The position numbers and the translations under genes are program-made. Positions 16,943-27,377 of a stretch of DNA of 37,686 nucleotides are shown piece by piece (within the stretch, counting starts at the first letter, position 1; the number at the start of each line of letters is the position of its first letter). Source of the stretch: a virus (taxonomy: Duplodnaviria > Caudoviricetes); the IMG/VR virus record IMGVR_UViG_3300028585_000049, positions 1 to 37,686 of that record; one strand, given 5' to 3'. The notes under the pieces were generated by a model. It did not search any database. It was not told where the DNA came from and was given only the letters and a program-made list of their open reading frames with translations.

Positions 16943-17815
16943 TTAAATCGCTCGCGCGAGATCCAGCGCCGCTGCCTGCCGTCGCATCAGCGACAGGCGG
17001 GCGCGGCCGGTGTTGTACTTGGCGACGACCTCGCGAAGCGTGCTGATGCCGTCGATCGCGCCGTTTGCCAGCGCACGAGACGCCGAGAACGTCTTGCCCG
17101 TGCCATGCACGGCCGCGACGTCGCTGGCCTTCATGCCGCGACCGCGGGCGATGGCAGCGGCGAACGCGACGTTGGACTCGTCGACCGCGGCCTGAACCTC
17201 GGCGCGGTAATCATCGTCGAGCGGCGCATGGCTGTTGCCGGCAATCTTGTCCGGGCTCGACGCGATCAAGGTCGTCTTCATGCCGATCTTCTCTTCGAAG
17301 CCGGACATGTCAGTATGACCCGACCGAACGCCGACCGAACCGACCTCGCCCGACTGGGTACAGAAGAACGCGCTGCACTGCGTCGCCAGCCAGTAGGCGG
17401 CCGAGAAGCAGTAGGGATCGGCAACGGCGATGACGGGCTTGGCATCGCGCGCCTCGAAGATCGCGTTGCCGGCCTCCGCGCAGCCCCAGACGTAACCGCC
17501 AGGCGAACGGATCGCGAGGACGATGGCGCCGATCTTGGTATCGGCCGCGGCCTCACGGACGCGATCGGCGATCGTGTCGTAATAGGTCGTTCCGCTCAGC
17601 CCGCGCGGTGCCAGCATGCCGGTGATCGGCAGGATGATCGTCGAGCCCTCACGGATCGGATCCGCGGGCTTTGCCGCCTGCTGACCGCTCAGCGAACCCG
17701 CGAATGCCCGCAGGGCATCCGGTAGCAGGGCCTCGACGCCGCTTTGCTTCAGCGCGGCTGCGAGAAAGGTCGGGTGCATCGCCCAAAGGGCCGACGACGC
17801 CATGAACTGATCCAT
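16943..17815 (-). CDS. Capsid maturation protease, S49 (SppA/ClpP-like) family
   Basis: IRSPGG, SAAYWLA and VGSVGV motifs; between portal and capsid. Confidence 0.93.
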   Translation of the reverse strand: MDQFMASSALWAMHPTFLAAALKQSGVEALLPDALRAFAGSLSGQQAAKPADPIREGSTIILPITGMLAPRGLSGTTYYDTIADRVREAAADTKIGAIVLAIRSPGGYVWGCAEAGNAIFEARDAKPVIAVADPYCFSAAYWLATQCSAFFCTQSGEVGSVGVRSGHTDMSGFEEKIGMKTTLIASSPDKIAGNSHAPLDDDYRAEVQAAVDESNVAFAAAIARGRGMKASDVAAVHGTGKTFSASRALANGAIDGISTLREVVAKYNTGRARLSLMRRQAAALDLARAI

Positions 17816-17818
17816 CGT

Positions 17819-19081
17819 CTATTCCACCTTGTCTTGCGGCGATGTTTCGCCGCCCGTGAGGGTATCAGCTGCCCGGTTGCTGTTGAGCGGTGCGCGCGGA
17901 TCGTCGGCCCAGTCCGCATCGATGCGCGGCTGGCCGAACCACTGCGTGCCGATCGTGTTGACGCTGAGGATGCCGGCGGTGCGTGCCAGCACGGCATTGC
18001 GCCACTGGGTCGCAGCATCACCGCGCAGCATGCTGTCGAGATTGAACTTCGCGCGGACCTTCTGAAGCCGAAGATCCGGCGGGATCATCCGCACGGTGAT
18101 TGCCTGTTCCATGCGACGGGTGAGCGGTCGAAGCGCCCAGTTCACGAAGGACCGCGTATCCTGCTCGTTGTTGCCGGCGTTGCCGCCATCGTCACCGATC
18201 ATCGACCGCGGAATGCGCCAGTAGCGCCCCATCTCAAGCGTGCGCTGGGCAAAGAGTTCGCGCAGCTGGGCGTCGACGTTGTTGCTGCCGACCGCCGTGT
18301 ATTTGACGCCCTGCTCGAACACCGGGGTTCCGCCGCGCTTCCAAGCCGCGACACCTGTCGCCAGTCTGTCGGCCGATGCATCGGTCAACTTCTGTTCCGT
18401 CGTAACGATGCCGGACGGCCGACGATCGTTGCGGAAGAACGCCCTCGAACCGACCTCCAGCGCCAGCTGGAAGTCGATCGAACCCTTGGCCTGCTTCCAC
18501 GGCACAAGCGGCCGTAGCCCCCCATCCGCCAAGCCGGTGAACCAGAACAGTTCCTGCGGCAGCAGCCGGCGCTGGCCCGTCTCGGACGCATAGTCGACGT
18601 ACATGCTGCGCTCACCCCAGTTGGCCGTGGTGCGCAACGGCGATAGCGGCCAGATCTCCAGCCCGTCGACGCCGACCGTCGGCTCCGCGAACGCCTCGCC
18701 GCGCAGCACGCACGTGAAGGCCATTGCCGCCCAGAATTCGGCGCCGGTCTGCAAGTGGTTCGGCTCGTATGCGAGCACGTTGGCGAGTGGGAAGTCGTCC
18801 CGCGTGCCGTTGTCGTCCTTGAACTCCAGGGCGAGGCTGCCGACCGCCTCCGCAATGATCGACACGCAGAAGAACACGGCCGCGACCCGCGCGGCCGTCT
18901 CGGCGGTGTTAGCCTCCATCGGCATGGCCGCGACGAGTGACGTCCACGTATCGTCGCCGAAGAAGCGGCCGTCCGTCACATTGGACGGGGCAGGGCGCCC
19001 GGTGACCGGCGCTATAGCCATGTGCCCATGGGAGGAATTGACCCCCCCGGCGCGGCTGCGGTAATCGTCTGGACTGGGCAT
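17819..19081 (-). CDS. Portal protein (HK97 family)
   Basis: VFFCVSIIAEAVGSL, EPNHLQTGAEFW, LRGEAFA and LDSMLRGD motifs. Confidence 0.95.
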   Translation of the reverse strand: MPSPDDYRSRAGGVNSSHGHMAIAPVTGRPAPSNVTDGRFFGDDTWTSLVAAMPMEANTAETAARVAAVFFCVSIIAEAVGSLALEFKDDNGTRDDFPLANVLAYEPNHLQTGAEFWAAMAFTCVLRGEAFAEPTVGVDGLEIWPLSPLRTTANWGERSMYVDYASETGQRRLLPQELFWFTGLADGGLRPLVPWKQAKGSIDFQLALEVGSRAFFRNDRRPSGIVTTEQKLTDASADRLATGVAAWKRGGTPVFEQGVKYTAVGSNNVDAQLRELFAQRTLEMGRYWRIPRSMIGDDGGNAGNNEQDTRSFVNWALRPLTRRMEQAITVRMIPPDLRLQKVRAKFNLDSMLRGDAATQWRNAVLARTAGILSVNTIGTQWFGQPRIDADWADDPRAPLNSNRAADTLTGGETSPQDKVE

Positions 19082-20817
19082 CAGAGTATCAACATGCCCC
19101 TTTCCTCATAGACGAAGCCGCCTGCGGCCTCCGGGTTTCTGGTCATCAGCATCACCGCGTTGAACATCGCGGCGAGCGGATCGATTTTCGCACTGGCCGA
19201 AGCCTTCACGATGGCGACCGCGCTCGTGCCGCGCGGCTCCATCTTCGCGTTGCCGACACACCACGACATCATGGCCGAGCCATCGTGCCGCATCGTCCGC
19301 GCTGCGAGTTTTCGTGCCGAACCTTTAACGGCGCTGGACAGCTTGAAGCCCTGCCCGATCGCCGAGAATTGCTCGTCGGTGAAATCCTTGGTCGCCAGTT
19401 CGTCCACGATCGCGGTCACGCCGACCGGATCGAGGCCGATGGCCTCTTTCTCCGGAAAGAGACCGGCGTCGCGGACCTGCACGAGGATCTCCACGACGCC
19501 GCGAATATCCTCGGTCAGTTCTTCCTCGGCATCATCGCGCTCGATGTCGATCGTGGCGTCGTCGGGCATCAGGCACTTGGTCAGGGATCCCTCGCCAACA
19601 AGCTCGTTGAGCTTGGTGGCGATGTCCTGACGGCGCTTCCACACGATCGACCACGCCCAGGCATGGCACCACACCAGCCAACGCTTCGAACCCTTCTCAC
19701 GACCGATCAGGCAAAGCCCGAGCAGATCGTCCAGGCCGCCCCCGTCGACACCGGCCACGATCACCTCGCAGCGGCGTATCAGTTCGGCGACCGACAGCGT
19801 CTTGTCGATCGCGCCATCCCAAAACTCGGCACCGGTCCAGCGATCCCGGCTAAGGCGCGTGCCGATCTCTACGTTGAGATGCTTCGCGAGGAAGATCTGC
19901 AACCCTTCGCCTGCGCCACGCTGCTCCTGCGCGAGTTCGTTCTCGATCCAATCCTCATGCACCGATCGCCCGATGTTCGGGTTGGTGACGTAGAAGTTCG
20001 AGGTTTTGAGGTATTCATCCCGATCCAGCATCGCTGGCGGGTATTCGTAGAGGACGCCCAGACTGGCAGGATCGTTGATCGTGCCGTCGCGGACACCGCG
20101 GAAATGGTCGAGCTCGTCTTTGAAGACGCCCCGTGGCTCTTAGTCGCTGTGCGTCGTCAGGTAGATGACGAAGCCTTCGCGAGCCGACGATAAACCGCCG
20201 GTTGCCTCACGCAGCATTGCCTTGGCGTTGGCGCGTTTGCCGAAGATCCAAAGCTCGTCGATCAGCACGAACGCCGCCTTGGTGCCGCTGACGACATCCT
20301 TGTCAGCGGCGATGATCTTCAGTTCGGCTTCCGTGGTCCGGTGTTTGATGAGCCGCTGGTGGTCAACGACATGCAGCAGCGCGTTCAATTCCGGATCGTG
20401 GCGAACCATGCCGGCAGCGGGGTCGAAGCTGTTGCCAGCGACTTCGATCGTCGGCGCGAGGATCAACAGTTCGGCATTGAACCGCCAGTTGCGGATCAAT
20501 GCCGTGACCATGATCCCCGCGGCGATCGTCGATTTCGAGTTCTTCTTGCTGATCAGCAGCAGAAACTTGCGGATCAGACGCCGTGCGGATTGATGGTCGT
20601 ACGCGCCGAAGATGGCCGACACGAAGTCGAACACCCACTGATCGCACGCCTCGCCGAACGTCGGCTTGCCCGGCAGGTCGACGATATGCAGCGACTTGAA
20701 CACCGCCAGGGCGGCAGCCGCCTCGTCGGGAAACAGCGGGTCGAAAGGTATCAGCGAACGCCGCTGGACGATCCGGTCTTCCCAGTCTCGGCAGGCTGTC
20801 GACCAGACCGGCGTCAA
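19081..20817 (-). pseudogene. Terminase large subunit interrupted by an in-frame TAA at 20142-20140
   Basis: ORFs 20140..20817 and 19081..20031 are in the same frame and read YLTTHSD*EPRGVFKDELDHFRGVRDG across the stop; Walker A ISKKNSKS, Walker B VLIDE, nuclease GVDGGGLDDL and KIDPLAA. Confidence 0.88.
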
Positions 20818-21290
20818 TTGAGCAGCTTCGGCTGGGGCGGCGGGGCGAACTTGCCCGTGACCAGATCAGCCGCAGCCTTCGCCGATGCCTTCTTACCAAG
20901 CTTAGGCTGCGGCGCGGGGGGCCGCGAACCGCGATCTGCAACGCGTTCGGCCAACTCGGCGAGCGCCGCCTTGTCCATCCGCTTGAATAGTTCCTTCTCC
21001 GCAGCGACGTTGCCGGTTGCCGCGGCGTCGTTGAGGCGGGCCAGCTGCGCGATCTCCATCCGGACCCGCGCAGCCTGCCGCTTGGCGACCTCGGCAAAAT
21101 AATGTTTGCGCAACGTCGGGACCGAAACCCCGATCGCCACTGCCGCCTCTTTGACCGTCAGGCCGCGCGCGAACGCGATCAGCACCTTGTTGGAGTTCGC
21201 GAGGGACCACGAATGCTCTGGCCTTCCACGCGCCTCCCGGTCCGGCTGGACGGGATCACCGAAGAGATCGAGACCCGAAAAATCAGCCAT
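20814..21290 (-). CDS. Terminase small subunit (HTH)
   Basis: [22 protein letters not shown]; C-terminal [11 protein letters not shown]; overlaps the TerL start. Confidence 0.85.
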   Translation of the reverse strand: MADFSGLDLFGDPVQPDREARGRPEHSWSLANSNKVLIAFARGLTVKEAAVAIGVSVPTLRKHYFAEVAKRQAARVRMEIAQLARLNDAAATGNVAAEKELFKRMDKAALAELAERVADRGSRPPAPQPKLGKKASAKAAADLVTGKFAPPPQPKLLN

Positions 21291-21368
21291 GACGAAATAA
21301 AATCTCCGCGTGAGAACGTTAGCGGTCTAGGGGCCGGCGCCCATTGCGGGTTTTGACCCCCCCCCCGG
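21291..21368. other. Probable cos/packaging-initiation region
   Basis: Non-coding gap between HNH and terS with a 10-nt C/G run (21357-21366); this is the usual cos position in HNH-associated HK97-like phages (inference). Confidence 0.5.
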
Positions 21369-21725
21369 TCACCCGAGTCCGCGACGCTCCTGCCGCTGCT
21401 TCGTGCTATCGTGACACGGCTTGCACAGGCATTGCAGGTTGCGTTCGTCCCAGAACAGCCGTTCGTCGCCGCGATGCGGGCGCCGGTGATCGGCGACCAG
21501 CTGCGACGTGTCGCCCTCGACCTTTCCACATCCCGGCATGCGGCAAGTGAAGCAATCACGGACGAGCACGGCCATGCGCAGCTTCTGCCACCGCGCCGTC
21601 TTGTACCAACGACGCCAGCCTTGCTGATCCCGATCCCGATCAAACGCCTGACGATCACCCGGCAGATATGACAACCGGGATGCAGGCGCAGACAAACGCG
21701 GGGGCAGGCTCTTCAGTCGGCCCAT
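21369..21725 (-). CDS. HNH endonuclease (HK97 gp74-like terminase cofactor)
   Basis: CRMPGC ... ADHRRPHRGD ... NLQCLCKPCHD; adjacent to terS. Confidence 0.95.
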   Translation of the reverse strand: MGRLKSLPPRLSAPASRLSYLPGDRQAFDRDRDQQGWRRWYKTARWQKLRMAVLVRDCFTCRMPGCGKVEGDTSQLVADHRRPHRGDERLFWDERNLQCLCKPCHDSTKQRQERRGLG

Positions 21726-21743
21726 GCACGCATGCCTAAACAG

Positions 21744-21779
21744 CGAAGGGCGGCGGGACCTAAGTCGCGCCGCCCTTCG
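21744..21779 (-). promoter_or_regulatory. Strong stem-loop in the late-operon leader
   Basis: CGAAGGGCGGCG / CGCCGCCCTTCG 12-bp perfect inverted repeat upstream of HNH. Confidence 0.55.
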
Positions 21780-21896
21780 AGGGGGGTTTCAACGGTGGGA
21801 GGTACTGCCCTGAACCCGAAGGCCCAACCCAGCGTGTCAATAAATAGGAGCTTTTGGAGCGATAGGACCACAAGAGAATGTTGCGGCCCCGCACTT

Positions 21897-22412
21897 TCAG
21901 CCGGTTGACACGTCCGCGCTAGGTTTTCTGCGGTTCACAGCGTGGCAAATGGCAGTGATGGTGCGAGAGTAGCGCATCTGGACACCAGTCACCCCCATGC
22001 GGATGCCCAGCAGTGGCATTAGCGAGCGCCACGGTATCTCCCGGCGCCCACGCGCCAGTTCACGGATAGCCAGCCCGATCAGCTTGCGATCGTCGGGCGC
22101 AACCGCATCTAGCCATCCGAAGGCTTCGTCCATTTCAGCGATCTCGGCGCGCGTCTGCGATGCAGGCCGGATCGCGACATCGCCGCTAGTCCCGTCGCCA
22201 CCACGCGCGTCATAGTCACCAGCCCAGACATCGCGACTGATCTCTGGCCAGGCGCAGCGCAGCGTCTGCCACCCGCGTTCGCGATCGGGATAGCGCCAGC
22301 ACGTCAGCATCGCCTCGACCAGCCGGTCCTGCACGTCATCGAACGACATGAATCCCAGTGGAAGGAGGCCCCCTTCCACTGGAGAGATCGTGTCACGCCT
22401 CGGTCCTTCCAT
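21897..22412 (-). CDS. Putative late-gene transcriptional regulator (Q position; DUF6362-like)
   Basis: VQDRLVEA ... WPEI ... EMDEAFGWL with C-terminal HTH-like helices; last early gene before the packaging module; start uncertain. Confidence 0.65.
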   Translation of the reverse strand: MEGPRRDTISPVEGGLLPLGFMSFDDVQDRLVEAMLTCWRYPDRERGWQTLRCAWPEISRDVWAGDYDARGGDGTSGDVAIRPASQTRAEIAEMDEAFGWLDAVAPDDRKLIGLAIRELARGRREIPWRSLMPLLGIRMGVTGVQMRYSRTITAICHAVNRRKPSADVSTG

Positions 22413-22657
22413 TGCAACGGTCCTTTGTGTTTGCAGAAATGGCGGATTTCCGCCGTTTGATGATTGTTCGAAGAGAGCGATAAGAGAGAATGGAAGGATT
22501 GGAAGGATAATTCAGGGTCTTTCGTGTGCGCATGCGCGCACACACGCGCACATGACGGGGGGACCAAGCAAAGTTATTCCACCCCTTCCAAACCCGCACA
22601 AATCTGCCATTTTTATCCTTCCAATCGTGCTTCCAGCCGGAAGGCAAACCCCTTCCA
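22359..22657. repeat. Iteron-like CCTTCCA/TGGAAGG repeats, probable replication origin
   Basis: Eight exact copies (22359, 22372, 22405, 22491, 22500, 22584, 22617, 22651) plus near-matches in a lower-GC stretch right after the primase-helicase. Confidence 0.7.
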
Positions 22658-22665
22658 AATTACGA

Positions 22666-25509
22666 TTACAGCGGCATGTCATCCGGGTAGGGTCCGGGAT
22701 CGTCGGCATATTGCGAACGCCCAGCGGCCGTGTCGGCATAGTCGGCCGGCGATTTCGTCATCTCGATGTCGAGCCACTGCATCCCGTTCGACGCCTTCTT
22801 CTCGAAACCGCGGTCCTCCATTGCCTTCGAAAAGCCCTGTGTCTGCCACTCGGCCGCGCCCGTTTCTTTCGACCACGCTTTGAACAACTCGAAGAGCGTC
22901 GACGACTTCGATCGCGCACCGTCGACGGGTTTGGTGCATTCATCCAAGAACCGGCCCAACTGGTCGCTCTGCTCACGATATTTCGCCGTCGCAGCAAGCA
23001 CGCTTTCAGGCTCGACGAGACCGTGCTCGCGCCAGTCTAGCAGCCCTTCGATAAGCCGATTCAGGATGCCGGTCGCCTCCTTCTTCAGCTTTTCCGGCAA
23101 CGCCTTGTCGACCGCCTCTTTGGCGATCTGCACGTCCCACGGCACAAGCATGACGCGCCGCCAGATCCCGTCGTCGTGGCCGGTGATCTTCGGTTTGTGA
23201 TTGCCCGAAATCGTCACCTTGAAGGACGGTAGGAACGAGAAGAAGCCCTTGTTGAGATGACGCGCGTCGATGAGCTCGCCGCCTGTGATCAGCTTGATCA
23301 AGGCCTCGGCAAGCTTGGCGCCCTTTTCCGGTTCCGACGTCCGCAGGAAACGGATGCCAGGCAACCGCGCCAGATCTGGCGTAGCTTCACCGCCTTTACG
23401 GCCGCGGCCCTGATCGAGGAACGTCTCGATGCCGACCGATCCACCATAGTCGCCGGCGATGTAGCTCCATGCGTCGACAAGGGTCGATTTGCCGTTGCGG
23501 CCCTTGCCGTGGAAGAACGCCAGTTTCTGTTCGCTGATGTCCCCGGTGACGCTCAGACCGCCCCACTGGTGAAGGAAGCGCCGCATCTTGTCGTCGGGCT
23601 GCACCACCGCCAGAAAGTTATCGTAGTCCGGGCACACCGCCTTAGGATTGAAGACGACATTGGCGATCTTGCTGATCAGATCCTCCGGGCAATGATTATC
23701 CATACGCATGCCCCAGCGATCGCCCGTCGTGATGAGCTTGAGGACACCCTCGACCATCACCCATCGCTTGCCTGCTTGGGTCAGCCGCAGTGTGCCGTTG
23801 AGCAAGTTGATAGCCATGCGGTCGGCGTCCATCGCATCGGCCCGGATCGCGACGTCGACGAACGACTTCACGAGGCCGGCGATGCATCCGAGGCGCTGCG
23901 AGCCTTCGCTCGACTTTGCGTGGTCGCGCAGCGTGTCGCTGTAATAGACAGGCACCTTGTTATCGCCGCTGCCTTTCCAGCGAACGATGAAGTCGAGCGC
24001 GGCGGTGCGTTGTTCGTCGGTAGCGTCTTCGGGCAGATCCTCCTTCAGCCCGCTCGCCGCGACGAGATCCGCTTCGTGGCGTATCGAGCGCACGGTATCG
24101 AAAACGGCAAGACTGACCTTCCCCGGGATCTTGTCCTTTTCCTCGGACAGCAGTTCCCAGCGCTTCCCGTCCCACACGAACCAACCCAGTTCGTTGCAGA
24201 AACGAAAGCGCCACGCGTGACGCGTCCGGAATCGTTCGGCATTCCCCAGATCGGTAGCCTGATACAACGCGCATTGGCGATCCAGCGCATCGTCCTTAGC
24301 GGGCGCAATGCGCCCCCCTGACCCCCCAGTTTGGTTGGCGGGGCTTTGGGTTCCGCTTTGGAAGGACTCGGAGATTTCTTCTCCCGCGGGTGCGGGTTCG
24401 AACCTGCCGACATCCTCGGCATAGGCATCGAGCGGCGGAACGTCCGAGCCATAAGACGAAGATGATGCAGACCGGCCGCTATCGCGGCCGCGCATTGTCT
24501 GCGCGCCTACGGCGCTGAGGTCGCGAGGCTTTGCGATGCCGTTGGAAAGGCCGTTCTCGATCGCGGCCGCGTGCGCCTGGTAGGCGCCGGGATCAAAACC
24601 TCGCACGGCATCAAGCAGGGAGTGCCGCACGATCGATTCAGATAGGGCACCGGCGCCAACGAACTGGCCCAGGTTGAATGCCGCATGGTAGGCACCCTGA
24701 TTACGGCCACCATGTCGACCGCCACCCTTGGGCGTCCGCATGAGTTCGATGATCTCCGCATCAAGAGCCTTGAGGGCATAACGACGGTGCGCCTCGTCGA
24801 GATCGACAGCGACATGCGACCGATCACCTGACGACGACACTAAGGTCGGGACGACCGTCCGTTCCGGTGGCTTTCGCATCAGGTCGACCAGCGCCGCAGG
24901 AAGCTCGGCGATACGCGACGCGTCGCCGTCTATCAGCCAGCGATAATCGCCGGCAGCGTCGACGTCGTTGCCGGCGAAATGGCTCGGCGCAACTATGACG
25001 TAACCGCCGGCACCGCGAACATCGATATGCTTGGGCAGGCTGCCCACATTGCCGATCGGCACGCCGGCCGGCATCTTGAACCAGTGGTGCTCGCCTTCCG
25101 ACCGCGTAATCCCGACGAGCGTATCAGGCAGGTCGTCGCCGATCTTGTCCGCCAGCGCGGCCTTCAGGCGATCGAGGGTCCATACCTCTTCGCTAAGTAC
25201 CTCGCCGGTAGTTTCATCGGTGACCGTGTCCGTGCGCGGGTCGAAGTCGACGACGAGCAAGCCGGCCTCACCCACGGCGACGCCGATCATCGCCCGCGGC
25301 CATTGATCCCACCACGCGCGGATCAGTTCGAAATCGGTCGACGCCTTCTTGACGCCGCCCGACCCCTTGATCGGCTTGTTGTCCGCATCCTTATCCATCG
25401 GCAGCAACGGCCGTTTGGTTTTCGGGCTGCACGGAAACACCGGCCAACCCCGGCGCGCATATTCGAGCGCCGCCTCAAGCAGAGACGGCGATGTTGTGGT
25501 GACGCTCAC
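22666..25509 (-). CDS. Primase-helicase: PrimPol domain + D5_N + SF3 helicase (P4 alpha/D5-like)
   Basis: GWPVFPC, LLVVDFD, IDVRGAGGYVIVAPS, TDLGNAERF, Walker A GKGRNGKS, GNHKP and GIWRR. Confidence 0.95.
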   Translation of the reverse strand: MSVTTTSPSLLEAALEYARRGWPVFPCSPKTKRPLLPMDKDADNKPIKGSGGVKKASTDFELIRAWWDQWPRAMIGVAVGEAGLLVVDFDPRTDTVTDETTGEVLSEEVWTLDRLKAALADKIGDDLPDTLVGITRSEGEHHWFKMPAGVPIGNVGSLPKHIDVRGAGGYVIVAPSHFAGNDVDAAGDYRWLIDGDASRIAELPAALVDLMRKPPERTVVPTLVSSSGDRSHVAVDLDEAHRRYALKALDAEIIELMRTPKGGGRHGGRNQGAYHAAFNLGQFVGAGALSESIVRHSLLDAVRGFDPGAYQAHAAAIENGLSNGIAKPRDLSAVGAQTMRGRDSGRSASSSSYGSDVPPLDAYAEDVGRFEPAPAGEEISESFQSGTQSPANQTGGSGGRIAPAKDDALDRQCALYQATDLGNAERFRTRHAWRFRFCNELGWFVWDGKRWELLSEEKDKIPGKVSLAVFDTVRSIRHEADLVAASGLKEDLPEDATDEQRTAALDFIVRWKGSGDNKVPVYYSDTLRDHAKSSEGSQRLGCIAGLVKSFVDVAIRADAMDADRMAINLLNGTLRLTQAGKRWVMVEGVLKLITTGDRWGMRMDNHCPEDLISKIANVVFNPKAVCPDYDNFLAVVQPDDKMRRFLHQWGGLSVTGDISEQKLAFFHGKGRNGKSTLVDAWSYIAGDYGGSVGIETFLDQGRGRKGGEATPDLARLPGIRFLRTSEPEKGAKLAEALIKLITGGELIDARHLNKGFFSFLPSFKVTISGNHKPKITGHDDGIWRRVMLVPWDVQIAKEAVDKALPEKLKKEATGILNRLIEGLLDWREHGLVEPESVLAATAKYREQSDQLGRFLDECTKPVDGARSKSSTLFELFKAWSKETGAAEWQTQGFSKAMEDRGFEKKASNGMQWLDIEMTKSPADYADTAAGRSQYADDPGPYPDDMPL

Positions 25510-25594
25510 GAATACCCCCGATCAGACCAGGGCAGACGCTTGTTGCGGTCTGCCAGCGCATGAAGGGCTCTGCGTCCGCGCAGAGCGCGGGACG

Positions 25595-26083
25595 CTAGAA
25601 CGGCACGTCGTCGTCGAGATCGTCGGTAAAGCCGCCACGCGTGCCGCCCGCGCCAGCACCCGCACTGCTGCCACCAGCAGCACCGCCACGCGTATCGCCG
25701 TAACTTGAATAGTCGGTCCGGCCCGGATCAGCTTCACGACGATCGAGCAGCACAAGCGATGAGTTGAACGCGCCAAGCACGATCTCGGTGGACCAGCGAT
25801 CGTTTCCCGTGGTGTCCTGCCATTTACGCGTGCGTAGGGTGCCCTCGATGTATACCTTCGCACCCTTGCGCAGATATTGCTTGGCGATCTTCACCAGCCC
25901 CTCGTTCATGATCACGAGGTTGTGCCATTCGGTCCGCTCTTTCTGCTCACCGGAAGCTCGGTCCTTCCAGCGTTCGGAAGTCGCCAAACTCATGTTGACG
26001 ATCTCGCCACCGTTCTGGAACGTTCGAGCCTCCGGGTCTTTGCCAAGGTGTCCCACGAGAATAACTTTGTTAACGCTGCTCAT
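25595..26083 (-). CDS. ssb: Single-stranded DNA-binding protein
   Basis: SVNKVILVGHLGKDPE, TEWHN, acidic DLDDDVPF tail. Confidence 0.97.
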   Translation of the reverse strand: MSSVNKVILVGHLGKDPEARTFQNGGEIVNMSLATSERWKDRASGEQKERTEWHNLVIMNEGLVKIAKQYLRKGAKVYIEGTLRTRKWQDTTGNDRWSTEIVLGAFNSSLVLLDRREADPGRTDYSSYGDTRGGAAGGSSAGAGAGGTRGGFTDDLDDDVPF

Positions 26084-26565
26084 TAGATCATCCCCAGTGC
26101 TTGCAGGTAGACTTCGAGGATGGCTTCCTCTTCCTGATACTCTTCCTTCCTCTTTTTGCGGATGGAGAGTATTTTGCGGATGGCTTTGGGATCGTATCCG
26201 CGCCCCTTGGCCTCGGCCATGACGTCCTTGATGTCGTCGGCGATGCCCTTCTTTTCTTCTTCAAGGCGCTCTGCGCGCTCGACGAGCAGGCGAAGTTCAT
26301 CGGCCGCGATGTTGTCGCCCTCGGGTATCGGATCATCGCCATCGGGTGCGCCCGGAGAGCTATAGATGACGGTGCCTGCGCGGGTGCGGCCGGCCTTCCA
26401 TCCTGCGCCCATGACCGCACGGACGATGGCTTTGCGGGAGGGTGCAGCGGACCTGATATGCGAGGGCAGACTGTCGAGGACGATCTCGACCGTTACCTCT
26501 TCCTCGCGGCCGTCGAGCAGCTGCCGCACAGCAAGCTCCACTTGGGTGACGAGCTTCTGTCTCAC
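26083..26565 (-). CDS. GapR/DUF2312-domain protein with ~80-aa N-terminal extension
   Basis: [39 protein letters not shown] ... YLQALGM. Confidence 0.9.
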   Translation of the reverse strand: MRQKLVTQVELAVRQLLDGREEEVTVEIVLDSLPSHIRSAAPSRKAIVRAVMGAGWKAGRTRAGTVIYSSPGAPDGDDPIPEGDNIAADELRLLVERAERLEEEKKGIADDIKDVMAEAKGRGYDPKAIRKILSIRKKRKEEYQEEEAILEVYLQALGMI

Positions 26566-27374
26566 GACGCGAGTGCCGCCTTGATCCGTGCAAGTGCCGC
26601 TTCCGCCGCAATCGCCCTGGCTTCCGCATCAGTAGCGCGTTCTACAGCGGCCGCGAGTTCACTTGACTGATCGGGACGGCTCGCTTGCCGCCGCAGGCAC
26701 TGAAGAAGCGTGTCCAGATCGGACATGACCGAGGCGATCGTCAGGCTCTCGCGCTCGGGTTCAACGTTCGATGCGGGCGCCAGCGCCTGCTCGATCAGAA
26801 GCACGGCCGCGCCACCAATCGTGATACCGTTCTTGGCGGAAAGCCGCTCGATCGCATCGATCGCGGTCACAGCGCTCGCGGGCAGACAGATGGTCTTCGC
26901 TGGCATAGGAGCGGGTTCCTTGACGGTCGCCACGGCGACGGGACGCGGGGTAGGGGCATTGCTCGGGCGCGGCGCGGGCGCGGGCGCGGACTTCGTGCTT
27001 GCGGCCTTCATTGCAGCGTCAGCCTGTGCAGCCCGCGCCGAACCTGCGTTGCCACCGCGCGCGACGATCGCCGCGATCTTGGCGACGCCGGCATCGATGG
27101 CCGGATCCGCCCTCTTGGCAGCCGGCAGCGGCCGCGGTGCCGGCGCGAGCGCGGTCTTCGTCCGCCCGAGCGTTATGGTACGCGTCGCACCATAGCCTTT
27201 GATCGTGATTCGACCGGCATCGGCCAGTTCAGCAAGCAGCGTACGCGCGCTCTCTGGGTTATCGAATCCGAAACGTCCCATGATCTGGGCGTCTGTCGGC
27301 TGCGCAACATCGTGTTCAATGTTGCGCTCGATCCAGTCGAGCATGCTCGACAAATTGAGCTTTGCGTGTGCCAT
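26562..27374 (-). CDS. Hypothetical protein with N-terminal winged-HTH-like domain and C-terminal coiled coil
   Basis: [34 protein letters not shown]; Ala/Pro-rich linker. Confidence 0.7.
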   Translation of the reverse strand: MAHAKLNLSSMLDWIERNIEHDVAQPTDAQIMGRFGFDNPESARTLLAELADAGRITIKGYGATRTITLGRTKTALAPAPRPLPAAKRADPAIDAGVAKIAAIVARGGNAGSARAAQADAAMKAASTKSAPAPAPRPSNAPTPRPVAVATVKEPAPMPAKTICLPASAVTAIDAIERLSAKNGITIGGAAVLLIEQALAPASNVEPERESLTIASVMSDLDTLLQCLRRQASRPDQSSELAAAVERATDAEARAIAAEAALARIKAALAS

Positions 27375-27377
27375 GGC

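Noticed and set aside
19081-20031. Separate 316-aa gene
   Set aside because: It is the in-frame C-terminal part of TerL; the intervening 36 codons also read as terminase
20140-20142. Genome-wide stop-codon reassignment
   Set aside because: TAA terminates many other prophage genes at their expected ends (portal, protease, major tail, cI)
5608-21725. Gene transfer agent or tailocin
   Set aside because: The element retains integrase, repressor switch, replication genes and HNH-type packaging genes, which fits a prophage
22359-22657. CRISPR-like array
   Set aside because: Repeats are only 7 bp, irregularly spaced and in both orientations; no cas genes
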